In this document: positions 11,125 to 21,665 of the stretch, in pieces | How positions within the stretch are numbered: position 1 is the first letter of the stretch | How the letters are laid out: each line of letters begins with the position of its first letter | Assembly: GCA_963796285.1 (NCBI GenBank) | Contig: CAWCKW010000006.1 | Location: forward strand, 64,001 to 128,000 | Length of the DNA: 64,000 bases | DNA from: Nitrospirota bacterium | Lineage (GTDB): Bacteria > Nitrospirota > UBA9217 | Direction: 5' to 3' | Made by a program: the position numbers and the translations under genes | Notes under the pieces: model-generated | The model's input: only the letters and a program-made list of their open reading frames with translations | Told to the model about the DNA's origin: nothing | The model's database searches: none

Positions 11125-11430
11125 ATGATCAAACATGTGGTTATGTGGAAGCTCAAGGATTTCGCGGAAGATGCGGACAGGGCACGGAACGCGAAAAGGA
11201 TCAAGATCGAGCTGGAGGCGTTAAAAAATACCATCCCGCAGATCTTTCATCTGGAAGTCGGCATCAACTTCCTCGAATCCGATGCCGCCTATGACGTGGT
11301 GCTCTTTTCTGTTTTTAAGAACGAGAAGGACCTCGAGCTCTATCAGAACCATCCTGACCATCGCGCAGCCGCCGAGTTCGTCGGCAAGGTAAAAGAGAGC
11401 AGGGTCGTCGTCGACTACAAGACGCTTTGA
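11125..11430 (+). CDS. Dabb stress-responsive A/B barrel protein
   Basis: MIKHVVMWKLK...YQNHPDH...VVVDY pattern. Confidence 0.85.
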   Translation: MIKHVVMWKLKDFAEDADRARNAKRIKIELEALKNTIPQIFHLEVGINFLESDAAYDVVLFSVFKNEKDLELYQNHPDHRAAAEFVGKVKESRVVVDYKTL

Positions 11431-11448
11431 CGCTTCAAGGAGCATCCC

Positions 11449-11775
11449 ATGGAACGGACCATACAACCTGTGGACCTCAAAGAACAGCTGGCAATCCGGA
11501 AAGATCTCATCCTCATCGACGTCCGGCGCAAGGAGGATTATGATGCTGACCAGGAGAAGCTTCCGGGCGCTGAGTGGCGCGATCCTGACAAGGTGGATGA
11601 ATGGAGCGCGGAACTTCCCATGGACAAGCAGGTGATGGTCTACTGCGTTCGCGGCGGCTCGGTGAGCAACCGGGTGATTGACCATCTGCAGGAAAAGAAC
11701 GTTCAGGCCCGCTTTATCGAAGGCGGGATCGAAGCATGGAAAGCGGCCAACGGACCAATGATCAAAAAACGTTAG
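11449..11775 (+). CDS. Single-domain rhodanese/sulfurtransferase
   Basis: LIDVRR, VYCVRGGSVS active-site loop, IEGGIEAW. Confidence 0.85.
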   Translation: MERTIQPVDLKEQLAIRKDLILIDVRRKEDYDADQEKLPGAEWRDPDKVDEWSAELPMDKQVMVYCVRGGSVSNRVIDHLQEKNVQARFIEGGIEAWKAANGPMIKKR

Positions 11776-11988
11776 CAGCCTCCGAATGTTTCTGTAACAT
11801 GAATAATATGGAATGACAATTTGCCGCGGATTGACCCTGTATTGGAAAAGCTTAAGACAAATTCAGTTGTCACCATTTGGCGAATCACGGCTGTGCTGTT
11901 TCTCGTTATCATCAGTGCTTTTCCGTGTTTATCCATGGCCAATAGCCTTTTTAAGTAATAGCGATCCATCTGCCCGTGAGGTCCTGTC

Positions 11989-13623
11989 GTGAATCAAGAG
12001 AACGACGCTCCAATGTCTTTGATCAGGGTCTATCAACAGATCGCCTTCTCTCGCAACGCTTTGCCAGCCCCCGAGGGCGTGCTCGCCAAGTTTTGCATTT
12101 ACCTGCCTGACCGTCCTGGCTCACTCGCGGGGTTCGCCTCGACCATCGCGCAGGCCGGGGGCAACATATCCTTTTTCCATTATGACCGCTCCCTGGACAG
12201 CAGCCGTGTGACCGCGGAAGCGCACTTCCGTGACACGGGAGGTCCGGACACGCTCCTGTCATCTCTCAGGGAAAAGAACTACCTCTTTACAAAAGCACAG
12301 GACGCGCAGGACGAGATCTTTATTACCACAGTCGAGAGCGTGCTGGAGATCAAGGTGCGCCTTTCGAATGAACCGGGCACGCTTGCCGCGTTCGCGGAAT
12401 TGCTTGCCGCACATCGGGCAAACGTCATCTACATGCTGTACCATGAGGAGCTCGACCCCGAGTCAGCGGACATCGCCATGGCCACCGCCAGCCCCCGGGA
12501 TATCACCGAGCTCCTGCAGGCGATCAACGAGCAAGGATACCATTACCGTGTCGTCTACCGCGGAAGCAACGAGCAAGAAGCGGCGAACATCATCGGGCTA
12601 AAGATGGTCGAGAAGTTCTTCCTTCGTTTGAAGAACCTTCTCCCGGCGAGCGACATTGCCGAGATCAAATCGCTCGTCGAATCATCGACGGACCTCTACC
12701 AGGACCTCGTGCTGTTCGCTACCGAAGCTGGGAATAACCTTGAGGCGGGCGACGTGTATGAGACGGTCCTCACCTTCGCCTCCCGTTCAAGGAGCAGGAC
12801 CGGCGACAAGTTCGCGGCAGCAGAGATGCGGCAACTGCACTTCCCCGGCCCTGTGGCGCTCTACGGCTTCCGACTGCCCACGAGCGAGAACATCTACCTT
12901 TTCCACGATAAGGAAGAACTGACGATGATCGACGCGGGCCATGGCATCTATTACGACGATATCAAAAAAATGCTGAGAACGCGGGGCATGGACCCGTCAC
13001 AAGTGACACGGATCTTCATCACCCACCCGGACACGGACCACGCTGGCATGGCAGGCTACTTTGAGCGCGAGTTCGGGTCCCGCGTCTTTATGCATGCAGG
13101 CAGCGCCGACGTCATAGCGAACATGAATCGCGCTGTCGGTGCGACGCATCAGGGGCTGCTGAACCTGAACAAGTATTATACCCGTCTCTCGATACGGTTC
13201 ACGGAGTGCAAGTTCCCCGCGCAGCCGCGCTACTTCCCGACAGAACCGGCTGGGACCATTGGCTCGTTCACCGTGATCGATACCTTCAAGATCGGGCCGC
13301 TCTCCTTCGACGTGCTCGAAAGCCTCGGCGGTCATACTCCCGGGCTTGTCTTCTTTCTGAACCAGGAGTTCGGCCTGCTTTTTACCTCCGATTTTCTGCT
13401 GAACGTGAAGAGCCTGAGGCCGGAAGACAGAGAGCATCTCGGCATCTATCGGTATCTGCTCACGAGTCCGAACCGGGATTCGCTCGTCTATAAGGAAGAG
13501 ACAAAGGCGCTCAAAGAAATGATGCTCGAGATGGGGAGGGAATTGACTGCCCGCGGCAGAACAGCGTACATTTTCCCGGGCCATGGCGATTACTATGCGG
13601 TTGGCGAGTCGGTTGAAAAATGA
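11989..13623 (+). CDS. Tandem ACT-domain + metallo-beta-lactamase-fold hydrolase
   Basis: LPDRPGSL and LSNEPGTL ACT motifs; IDAGHG, THPDTDHAG, GGHTPG, FTSD, FPGHG. Alternative ATG at 12013. Confidence 0.75.
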   Translation: MNQENDAPMSLIRVYQQIAFSRNALPAPEGVLAKFCIYLPDRPGSLAGFASTIAQAGGNISFFHYDRSLDSSRVTAEAHFRDTGGPDTLLSSLREKNYLFTKAQDAQDEIFITTVESVLEIKVRLSNEPGTLAAFAELLAAHRANVIYMLYHEELDPESADIAMATASPRDITELLQAINEQGYHYRVVYRGSNEQEAANIIGLKMVEKFFLRLKNLLPASDIAEIKSLVESSTDLYQDLVLFATEAGNNLEAGDVYETVLTFASRSRSRTGDKFAAAEMRQLHFPGPVALYGFRLPTSENIYLFHDKEELTMIDAGHGIYYDDIKKMLRTRGMDPSQVTRIFITHPDTDHAGMAGYFEREFGSRVFMHAGSADVIANMNRAVGATHQGLLNLNKYYTRLSIRFTECKFPAQPRYFPTEPAGTIGSFTVIDTFKIGPLSFDVLESLGGHTPGLVFFLNQEFGLLFTSDFLLNVKSLRPEDREHLGIYRYLLTSPNRDSLVYKEETKALKEMMLEMGRELTARGRTAYIFPGHGDYYAVGESVEK

Positions 13624-13797
13624 CAGGCGTTTGTTTCGAGGGATGATTGAATATCGAGATCTTACAGCAGTTGGGTCCCAAGTACTGTTGCCCTCACCAC
13701 CTCGTGTGTACGCTCAACCAGATGTGATCGCCATCGAATGCGGATTGTAACATTCACATGAACCGCTCGGGTGAGGGAGCGGGCGGCTCTTGGGACA

Positions 13798-14322
13798 TCA
13801 ATTGTAATTCACCATGTTTTCTATGTTCTTTGTTTGTAACTCAGCGCGTTCCCATACCACCTTTATCGAATCCGCGGCAATGCTCCGCCAATACAGTCCG
13901 GTTGGTCTATAGAGGTGGCTCTCTGTTGACAGATCATATTTCTGCACCAGTGGATCGAGCTCCTGGCTCACATAGATGCGTCCCTTGGGGACGAATTCAA
14001 ATTGTGACAAATGGTTCCGATAGTTGCAAAGCAGCAACCCGTCCTGGTAGGTAGTCAACAGGTTTGAGTAGGCCTTGATCACGTCACGCTCCCCCTTTGA
14101 CGTTGACTTGTCTTTTAAGGCCGCCGTCCCAGAGGCAATTCTTTGCAGCAATGTTTCCGGCACATCGCAGGGCTTTCCCGATGCAAGAGAAGTCGTCAGG
14201 TTCCGCGCAGTCCTGTTCAATTCCGAGAATTTGCCTTTATCTATGCCCGGTTCCGATACACACCCCAAGCCGGAAAGCACGATTGCAGACAACAATATAA
14301 TGACCATGCCTTCTTGTCTCAT
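13798..14322 (-). CDS. Hypothetical lipoprotein
   Basis: Hydrophobic N-terminus ending LSGLGC; 174-aa ORF. Confidence 0.6.
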   Translation of the reverse strand: MRQEGMVIILLSAIVLSGLGCVSEPGIDKGKFSELNRTARNLTTSLASGKPCDVPETLLQRIASGTAALKDKSTSKGERDVIKAYSNLLTTYQDGLLLCNYRNHLSQFEFVPKGRIYVSQELDPLVQKYDLSTESHLYRPTGLYWRSIAADSIKVVWERAELQTKNIENMVNYN

Positions 14323-14408
14323 GCATTCCCTTTAGAACTATAAAAAATTTTTTATTTCAATCCAACGGATGGAAGTCAGATCGCGTCTGTCACGTTATTT
14401 TCGATAAA

Positions 14409-14558
14409 TCATAACGAGTTGAATTCGTAATCCTTTACCGCAGGGTAACAGTCGGCTGATGCGTACGCGCCAAAATACAGCTTGATCTCCCGGAGCATGT
14501 CATCCGTGAAAAGCGGAACCACCTGGGCGAAGCAATCGCGGCTCACCAGGGTGTTCAC
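14409..14558 (-). CDS. Small hypothetical protein, 49 aa (MNTLVSRDCFAQVVPLFTDDMLREIKLYFGAYASADCYPAVKDYEFNSL)
   Basis: Read manually; AGGGAGG RBS 5 nt before GTG; below the ORF-track cutoff. Confidence 0.4.
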   Translation of the reverse strand: MNTLVSRDCFAQVVPLFTDDMLREIKLYFGAYASADCYPAVKDYEFNSL

Positions 14559-14653
14559 GTTTGCCTCCCTGTTCGCCATGCCCGCAGTCGCAGCGCAACG
14601 AACATCATGGGGTTCGTGCTTGTCGGAAATGGTGTGCGTGCTCGTATGAGCCG

Positions 14654-15610
14654 CTAGATTTTTGACATCTCCTGGAGCTTTTTGAGGCTCTCCCAGTCAT
14701 CGTCTACGTACTTCTGGAACTGCGCGAGCACTGCCTCGTTGCCCGGTGTGAAGAGGTGCTTGAACCGGCCCTGAAGCTTGAGCCACTCTGAGACCGGCTT
14801 CCTTCTGTCTCCGGGATCATAGTTGATCGTCCACTTCCCGTTCTGAACCTCGTAAAGCGGCCAATAGCAAGTCTCCGCTGCAAGCCTGGTAAGCAGGATC
14901 GAGTCATCTGTCTGGGTGCGCCAGCCGCGGTTGCAGGGGGAGATCACGCCGATGTACGCCGGGCCGTTCGTGGCCAGTGCCTTGCGGACCTTGGTCATAA
15001 GATCCTTCCAGTTATGGGGCGATGCCTGGGCGGTATATGCCAGGTTGTGCGCCGCCATGATGCGCGTGAAGTCCTTGCGTCGATGGGGCTTACCCGAGAC
15101 CTTGGAACCTACGGGACAGCTAGTCGTGTCGGCAGCAAAAGGCGTGGCGCTCGAGCGATGGATGCCCGTGTTCATGTACGCGCCATTGTCGTAGCAGATA
15201 TAGAGCAGCTGATGGCCGCGCTCCATGGCGCCGGAGATAACTTGCAAACCAATATCGTATGTGCTGCCATCACCGCCGAAGGCGATGAACTTCATCTCCT
15301 TCTTCAGTTTGCCCTGTTTGCGGAGCGACCGATACATGGTCTCCATCCCCGAGGCCGTTGCAGCGGCATTCTCATAGGCGCTGTGTATCCACGGTACCTT
15401 CCACGCCGTGTGCGGGAACAGACAGGTCGAGACCTCGAGACAGCCCGAGGCGTTCGAGATCACCACCGGTTCGTCGATGGCCAGAAGGACTTGGTGCACG
15501 ATGGTCGGCGCGCCGCAGCCGGAACACATCCGATGCCCGGCGGTGAGCAGGCGCTCTTTATGCGTTAGTGATTTCAGAGTCAGAGGTTTTCCCTTTATCG
15601 TTGTACTCAT
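14654..15610 (-). CDS. porB: Pyruvate/2-oxoacid:ferredoxin oxidoreductase beta subunit (TPP-binding), stand-alone
   Basis: GHRMCSGCG, GCLEV, GGDG, CYDNGAYMNTG, SPC, LQGRFKHL; GGAG RBS before MSTTIK. Confidence 0.85.
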   Translation of the reverse strand: MSTTIKGKPLTLKSLTHKERLLTAGHRMCSGCGAPTIVHQVLLAIDEPVVISNASGCLEVSTCLFPHTAWKVPWIHSAYENAAATASGMETMYRSLRKQGKLKKEMKFIAFGGDGSTYDIGLQVISGAMERGHQLLYICYDNGAYMNTGIHRSSATPFAADTTSCPVGSKVSGKPHRRKDFTRIMAAHNLAYTAQASPHNWKDLMTKVRKALATNGPAYIGVISPCNRGWRTQTDDSILLTRLAAETCYWPLYEVQNGKWTINYDPGDRRKPVSEWLKLQGRFKHLFTPGNEAVLAQFQKYVDDDWESLKKLQEMSKI

Positions 15611-15675
15611 GGTGATCTCCGGTATGCGACATTCAAGTGACATATAATCATTGTCCAATCCAGTTTGCCGTGCTT

Positions 15676-16121
15676 TCATACCGCACCGACGATTTTTTCG
15701 TACTCAGCGATCATCTCGTTTCTCTGATTCTTTAATTCGGCAGAAAATATAAAAAATTTGGCCCGCCTCCCGCTGAGCGTTACTGTTGCGATCAGTTTAT
15801 CGCCAGGCACTGCATTTTTTTTATACCGCACGATCTTCTGCACAACGTAGGGATTCGTTTTTAAGCCTTCGACCGCGATCGGAATGAGCGCTGCGGCAAC
15901 AAGACAGACAAATTCGTCCTGGGCATAACCGGGATACGTGGGTGCGCCGGGAAAATGGCCTTCCAGATCCTGGTCGTCATCGCGAATTTCCTTTACCCCG
16001 TCATGATACCGGGAGCACTGGCACTATAAAAAACACCGTCAATTTTTCTGAGGGCCGCCCCTCGATGCGGTAAAATCGTTTCAAGACTTTTTCTATTGAA
16101 GCATATGAAAGGCATATCCAT
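15676..16121 (-). pseudogene. FabZ/FabA-like hotdog dehydratase, frameshifted around 15995-16050 (error or pseudogene)
   Basis: Manual translation gives ETILPHRG, then EGHFPGAPTYPG and PGDKL. The 446-nt span is not a multiple of 3; missing from the ORF track. Confidence 0.65.
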
Positions 16122-16358
16122 GATTACGTTCTCCAATAATAAATATTTTTTTAATTCTTGTCCGACTTGACCAGCGCCAAATGCCGCTTCTTAGGTTCAA
16201 CCGCGATGACCACCAGGAAAACCTCGGTCACTGATCTTAACCAGAAAAAACGCCGCCTTCTTCTGCGTATTCTCGTCTTTACGAGAAACCGAAGCTTTTA
16301 TGGTCCCGCGATCCCGTCGTTATAATGGTCTTTCTCCGGATGGACCCTGTTGATGAGC

Positions 16359-17243
16359 TCACGAGAAAAGACCCTGTCCTCGACCAATATCCTGCTGAAT
16401 ATAACCCAGCTTCCTTAAGACCGGCACGAACTTCATGGCCGAGGCAATATAGTCATGGGTAAGTCCGGCGCAGTACTTTGGCGAGACCGCAAGCGTGTCA
16501 AGAACGAACTGCTCATCAACAACGCTGACGAAATCAGCGATCAGGCGCGCCGCTTGCAGCGGTTCCTGCCTGATGAACGCAGTGGCCTCCTCGTGCAGCG
16601 CGAGGAATCGTTCCACGATCTCGCGCTCCCTGCGCAGGAACCCGCGATCAGCCACGATCCCGTAGCTCGGGTTGTTCGGCCACAATCGTGACGGAGGATA
16701 GAGAATCCTGCCGCCTGCGAACCGGTTGATCGCGATAGCCAGGGCCGGCGTTCCCACAGCAGCAGCCACATCGTGGCTGACCATCGCCTCGGTCACCTGG
16801 TCTGACCAGGGATAGTTGAGGACCTTGATCTGTTTGTGCAGGCCATGCTGTTCAAGGCAGTCCCTGAGGATCACGTCATGAATGGACCCTGTTCCGGGCA
16901 CGCCGATGGCGTGCCCCTGGAACTGCCGCAGAATAACACCCAGGTCGCTGATCTCCGGAAAGCCGGCAGCCTGCGGTCCCCCTGCCAGGACCGTCCCTTC
17001 CATGTGGCCGCCCGCAACGCAGACGACATTGATGCCCTTGCTCATGCCGATGATCGCGGGCGGCAGACCGACGTAGGCAAGATCCAGCTCGTTCTGCTGA
17101 AAGGCCTTCATGATCGCCGGGCCCGTGCCCATGAGCTTCCACTCGATCGTCGCGCCAAGCCGCGCGTCCGCGTTGCCCTGTGCCATCAGCAGGATCGCCG
17201 TGTGATAGAACGTAGAAAGATGTCCGATCCTGATCTTCTTCAC
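16359..17243 (-). CDS. SsuA/TauA/NitT-like substrate-binding protein without signal peptide (3' end possibly frameshifted)
   Basis: GTG start MKKIRIGHLSTFYHTA, GPAIMKAF, LDLAYVGLPPAIIG, IGVPGTGSIHDV; no permease or ATPase nearby. Confidence 0.75.
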   Translation of the reverse strand: MKKIRIGHLSTFYHTAILLMAQGNADARLGATIEWKLMGTGPAIMKAFQQNELDLAYVGLPPAIIGMSKGINVVCVAGGHMEGTVLAGGPQAAGFPEISDLGVILRQFQGHAIGVPGTGSIHDVILRDCLEQHGLHKQIKVLNYPWSDQVTEAMVSHDVAAAVGTPALAIAINRFAGGRILYPPSRLWPNNPSYGIVADRGFLRREREIVERFLALHEEATAFIRQEPLQAARLIADFVSVVDEQFVLDTLAVSPKYCAGLTHDYIASAMKFVPVLRKLGYIQQDIGRGQGLFS

Positions 17244-17458
17244 ATGCAATGCTCCGGGAAGAGGATGATCATCGCTGTTGCACATCATAATCCAGATTCC
17301 CGTTGCAGTCAACCCTGTTCAGGAGGCGCGACTGGCTCCGAGTCGCGCCACACATGACGGAGGAGCAGGGGAACGAAAAGCATGGTGCGTCGCAACGGCA
17401 CGGCTGGGAGGCCCTTTCCTGTTGCCGGGCTTCGGACAGTGTGTTACACTATTCCTAT

Positions 17459-19477
17459 ATGAAGATCTCGCTCGACAGGGACACCTCGGAGCTGCTCAGA
17501 ACGTTCGATGTCCTGAACATGCCCGCCTTCATCGTCGACACGCGATGGACCATCCTCTCCTGCAATGACAACGTCCGCGCTGTATTTGAATATGACCGGG
17601 CCGAGATCATCGGCCGGCCTCTCGAGAAATTTATGTCCCTCGACAGCCTGATCCAGGAGCAGGGTGCATCCGGCCCTTCTCTTTCCGACGCCGCGTCCCA
17701 AGACAACGGAGGCTCTGCGATCAGGGCCTTCTGCTTCCGGAAGAACAGCGGCCCGCTGTCGGCCCGCGTTGCCGTCATCCCGAACCAGCAGCACCGTCCC
17801 GACCGGAAGATCGTCGTGGTCCGGGACGCGCCCGTACCAAGGAGCGCACCCGCCGGCACTGCCAGTCCGGATGACCACGCACCCCAGGTCGAGCTCATCA
17901 ACGAACTCAGCAGCATCATCAACTCCAGCCTGAGCATCGGAACGATCTTCCGCATGGTCGTATCGGAGCTGCGGAAAAGCATCGACTACAGCAGGGCAAG
18001 CCTGCTGCTCTACAACGAAGCGGACGACAACCTCCTGATCTTCGCGCTCGACACCGAGATGAGAACCACGATGAAAAAAGGGGTGAAGGCCCCGATCGAA
18101 GGCACGAGCGCGGGCTGGGTCGTGCGGAACAACAAGCCCTGGATCAGCTATGATCTGAAGGAGACCGGGTTCCTCCAGGACCAACGGCTGCTGCACGAGG
18201 GTATCCGTTCGACGATCAGCATCCCCCTGTTCCATGACCGCATGCTCGGCGTGTTCAATTTCGACAGCACCAACGCCTCGCAATACTCGGAAAAGGACCT
18301 GGACCTTCTGCTGCCCGTGGCCAAGCATATCGCGGTGGCCCTCGAGAACGCAGTCCTGTTCGAAGAGATCTCGAAGGAAAAGAAAGAGTGGGAGCGGACC
18401 TTCGACGCCATCACCGACATGGTCTGGATCGAGGACGGCAGACAGCAGGTGATCCGCGCAAACCACACGCTCCTCATGCGGACGGGCTATTCCAAATCGG
18501 AGATCACGAACAAACACTGCGGCGAGCTTCTTGATAAACTGGGGATCACGCTCGACGGCTGCTTGTGCTCGGAGACGCTGTCGCGCAAACAACCGGCCTT
18601 CCAGGAGCTGAAGAGCGCCAGCGGCAGCATCTTCAACTTCTGGGCCTATCCGCTGATCGATGAGGAGGGCCGCCTCTACTCCATCGTCCACTATCTCAAG
18701 GACGTGACGGCCCAGCGGCGGATCGAGCAGCAGCTCATCCGCACGGACAAGCTTGCGTCCCTCGGCACGCTCGTAGCGGGCATTGCCCATGAGATCAACA
18801 ATCCGCTCGGCATCATCGCCGGCTACTCTGAAGCGCTCCTCGACCGCGCCGCTGCGCCTGCCCTGAGCGCCATGAAGGAGTTCGAGGACTTTCCCGATTA
18901 TCTCAAAACGATCCACAGCGAGATCTTCCGGTGCAAGGGCATCCTCAAGAGTCTTCTCGAATTTGCGCGGCCGACGGGCGGCACCTTCCGGGAGATCGAC
19001 ATCAACGAGCTGATCAAGGAAGTGCTGCTCCTGCTCCAGCACCGGACCGCGAAACTCAAGCACACCCTCGAACTCGACCTGGACCGCAACGTCCCGAAGA
19101 TCCACGCGGACGCGGGCAGCCTCAGACAGCTGTTGATGAATCTCCTCCTGAATGCCATTTACTTCACGCCCGAAGGAGGAAGCATCTTTATCAAGACCGA
19201 GCCCGATGATTCCCGGGAAGAGACTCGCTTCCCGGGATGCCCGCGCCGGGTCCGGCTCTCTGTCACTGACACCGGGTCCGGCATCCCGGACGACCTGATC
19301 GACAGGATCTTCGATCCCTTCTTCACGACCAAGCCCGTGGGCGAAGGCACCGGCCTCGGCCTCACCATCAGCCACAAGATCGTTGAAGAGCACGGCGGTT
19401 TCATTGATGTGAAGAGCGCGCCCGGCAAGGGCGCGAGCTTCATCATTATGCTGCCGTCGATCACGTGCCGGGAGTAA
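17459..19477 (+). CDS. Cytoplasmic PAS-GAF-PAS sensor histidine kinase (NtrB-like)
   Basis: GIAHEINNPL H-box, NLLLNA, DTGSGI, FDPFFTTK, GTGLGL; no transmembrane segment seen. Confidence 0.9.
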   Translation: MKISLDRDTSELLRTFDVLNMPAFIVDTRWTILSCNDNVRAVFEYDRAEIIGRPLEKFMSLDSLIQEQGASGPSLSDAASQDNGGSAIRAFCFRKNSGPLSARVAVIPNQQHRPDRKIVVVRDAPVPRSAPAGTASPDDHAPQVELINELSSIINSSLSIGTIFRMVVSELRKSIDYSRASLLLYNEADDNLLIFALDTEMRTTMKKGVKAPIEGTSAGWVVRNNKPWISYDLKETGFLQDQRLLHEGIRSTISIPLFHDRMLGVFNFDSTNASQYSEKDLDLLLPVAKHIAVALENAVLFEEISKEKKEWERTFDAITDMVWIEDGRQQVIRANHTLLMRTGYSKSEITNKHCGELLDKLGITLDGCLCSETLSRKQPAFQELKSASGSIFNFWAYPLIDEEGRLYSIVHYLKDVTAQRRIEQQLIRTDKLASLGTLVAGIAHEINNPLGIIAGYSEALLDRAAAPALSAMKEFEDFPDYLKTIHSEIFRCKGILKSLLEFARPTGGTFREIDINELIKEVLLLLQHRTAKLKHTLELDLDRNVPKIHADAGSLRQLLMNLLLNAIYFTPEGGSIFIKTEPDDSREETRFPGCPRRVRLSVTDTGSGIPDDLIDRIFDPFFTTKPVGEGTGLGLTISHKIVEEHGGFIDVKSAPGKGASFIIMLPSITCRE

Positions 19478-19481
19478 GCGT

Positions 19482-20816
19482 ATGATCAACATCCTAGTCG
19501 TCGATGACGAAGAGCCCTTCAGAAGGCTGCTGAACAAAGAACTGGCCCGTAAAGGATACGCCGTACAGGTGGCACGCGACGGCGGCGAAGCCCTGAGCAC
19601 GCTACGCGACAACGTCTTTGACGTGATCCTCCTCGATATCGTCATGCCCGGCGTGGACGGCCTGTCGCTCATGAAGAAGCTGAAGGAGGATTCAGGAGCG
19701 CCGGCGATCATCGTCCTCACCGGTCAGGCGACGGTCGAGACTGCGGTCGACGCCATGAAGCATGGTGCCTACGATTATCTCACCAAGCCCTACAAGCTCG
19801 ACGAGCTGGTGATCGTCATCGAAAGGGCGTATGAGTACCGCCGGCTCTCTGTCAAGAGCAAGCTTCTGGAGCAGGAGCTCGTCAGGAAAGAATCCCCCTT
19901 TGAGTTCGTCGGGAAAAGCAGGCAGATCCAGGAGATCTTGTCCCTCATCATGAAGGTGGCTCCCGCAGACTCGCCGGTCTTCATCCAGGGCGAGAGCGGA
20001 ACAGGCAAGGAGCTCATTGCGAATACGGTCTGGCACTACAGCACCAGGAAGGATGCTCCGTTCATCGCGCTCAACTGCGCGACCCTGTCGGAGAACCTGA
20101 TCGAATCCGAGATCTTCGGCCACGAGAAGGGCGCCTTCACGAACGCCTACCAGATGAAGCACGGCCTCGTTGAAGTGGCGGACAAGGGCACGCTCTTCCT
20201 TGACGAGATCGGCGAGATGCCGATCGCGCTGCAGCCCAAGCTCCTGCGGTTCCTCGATTCCGGAGAGTTCCGGCGGGTCGGCGGGAACAAAACCCTGCGG
20301 GTGGACGTGCGTATGATCGCTGCGACCAACAAGGACCTGTCGGGCCTGATCAAGAACGGGAACTTCCGCGAAGACCTGTATTACCGCCTGAACGTGATCA
20401 ACGTTGCCATTCCACCGCTCCGGGAGCGCAAAGAGGACATTGCCGGGCTGGCAGAGCACTTCCTGAAAAAATACGCGCAGAAGCTGTCCAAGTCCATCGC
20501 GGGCTTCACCGCCGAGGCCCGGGAGCTGCTCACCGGATACAAGTGGCCCGGCAATGTGCGGGAGCTCGAGAACGTCATTGAGCGGGCCGTGATCCTGTGC
20601 GAAAGCGACCAGATCGGCGCAGAAGACCTTTCGATCTCGTCTTATTCAGCCGTCGCGGAGATGAGCGTTAATCCTTCCCTCGAAGAGATGGAGAAGAATT
20701 ACATCCTTCGGGTCCTCAAAGAAGCAGGCGGAAATCAGTCACGGGCGAGCCAGCTCCTCGGCATCGACCGGAAGACCCTGTACCTCAAGCTCAAGAAATA
20801 CGGGATCACTCCCTGA
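19482..20816 (+). CDS. Sigma54-dependent response regulator (NtrC family)
   Basis: VVDDE/LLDI receiver, [14 protein letters not shown] variant loop, [17 protein letters not shown], Fis-type [11 protein letters not shown]. Confidence 0.93.
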   Translation: MINILVVDDEEPFRRLLNKELARKGYAVQVARDGGEALSTLRDNVFDVILLDIVMPGVDGLSLMKKLKEDSGAPAIIVLTGQATVETAVDAMKHGAYDYLTKPYKLDELVIVIERAYEYRRLSVKSKLLEQELVRKESPFEFVGKSRQIQEILSLIMKVAPADSPVFIQGESGTGKELIANTVWHYSTRKDAPFIALNCATLSENLIESEIFGHEKGAFTNAYQMKHGLVEVADKGTLFLDEIGEMPIALQPKLLRFLDSGEFRRVGGNKTLRVDVRMIAATNKDLSGLIKNGNFREDLYYRLNVINVAIPPLRERKEDIAGLAEHFLKKYAQKLSKSIAGFTAEARELLTGYKWPGNVRELENVIERAVILCESDQIGAEDLSISSYSAVAEMSVNPSLEEMEKNYILRVLKEAGGNQSRASQLLGIDRKTLYLKLKKYGITP

Positions 20817-20929
20817 CGCGATCAAGAGGAAACGTGTTCTGCCGGAAGAAAGCCCCTCTGCAAAGGTCAATGATCTGAACCGTTCACACGCGTCACGCCA
20901 TTCCAGAAAACTGGATGAGGAGACAACCC

Positions 20930-21517
20930 ATGGCCGAAGTAGAACTTCCCAATCTTGAAGAGCTCGAAGAGATCAAAGCAAAGACGTTTACAAGACGCGT
21001 TGCGCTGACCACGGCTATTTTTGCAGTGCTCCTCGCCATCACGTCACTGGGCGGCAACAATGCCATGAAGGATATGCTGCTTTCGCAGCAGCAAGCATCG
21101 GACCAGTGGGCCTTTTACCAGTCAAAGGCCCTGCGGGAACATCTCTACAAAACAAACGGCCTGCGAATAGAAGCGGACCTTCTTGAGCGGGGCGCGGGGA
21201 TGAAACCGGCTTCAAAAAAACTGTATGGGGCAATGCTCAGGGACATGCGGGCTGAAGAAAAGCGATATGGCGTGGAGAAGATAAAGATCGAGGAAGAGGC
21301 CAAACATCTCGAGGCGGAACGGGACAGGAACCGCATCAAGGACCCCTATTTCGACTATGCCGAGGTCTTGCTGCAAATATCCATTGTCATGGCATCGATC
21401 TCGATCCTGGCTGTCTCGCGCCAGATATTTTATTTCGCACTTGTTTCCGCATCAATCGGAACGATCATGATGCTGAACGGGTATCTGTTGATCTTTAAGT
21501 TGCCGTTCTTTCATTGA
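20930..21517 (+). CDS. DUF4337-like membrane protein
   Basis: RVALTTAIFAVLLAI, ASDQWAFYQSK, AEVLLQISIVMASI. Confidence 0.75.
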   Translation: MAEVELPNLEELEEIKAKTFTRRVALTTAIFAVLLAITSLGGNNAMKDMLLSQQQASDQWAFYQSKALREHLYKTNGLRIEADLLERGAGMKPASKKLYGAMLRDMRAEEKRYGVEKIKIEEEAKHLEAERDRNRIKDPYFDYAEVLLQISIVMASISILAVSRQIFYFALVSASIGTIMMLNGYLLIFKLPFFH

Positions 21518-21596
21518 ACTTCCATTCATCACACTGCATGATATACATCCTGGAAACCCGTGAATCATAACGCCGCTTCTCCACGGCCAAGCTGAT

Positions 21597-21633
21597 AAAA
21601 ACAGCCGAGGCAACTTGCCTCGGCTGTCCTTTT
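21597..21633. terminator. Bidirectional intrinsic terminator
   Basis: AAAA-ACAGCCGAGGCA-ACT-TGCCTCGGCTGT-CCTTTT between convergent genes. Confidence 0.75.
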
Positions 21634-21665
21634 GCTCCCGACAGTATGCATGCAGGCTGCCATTG

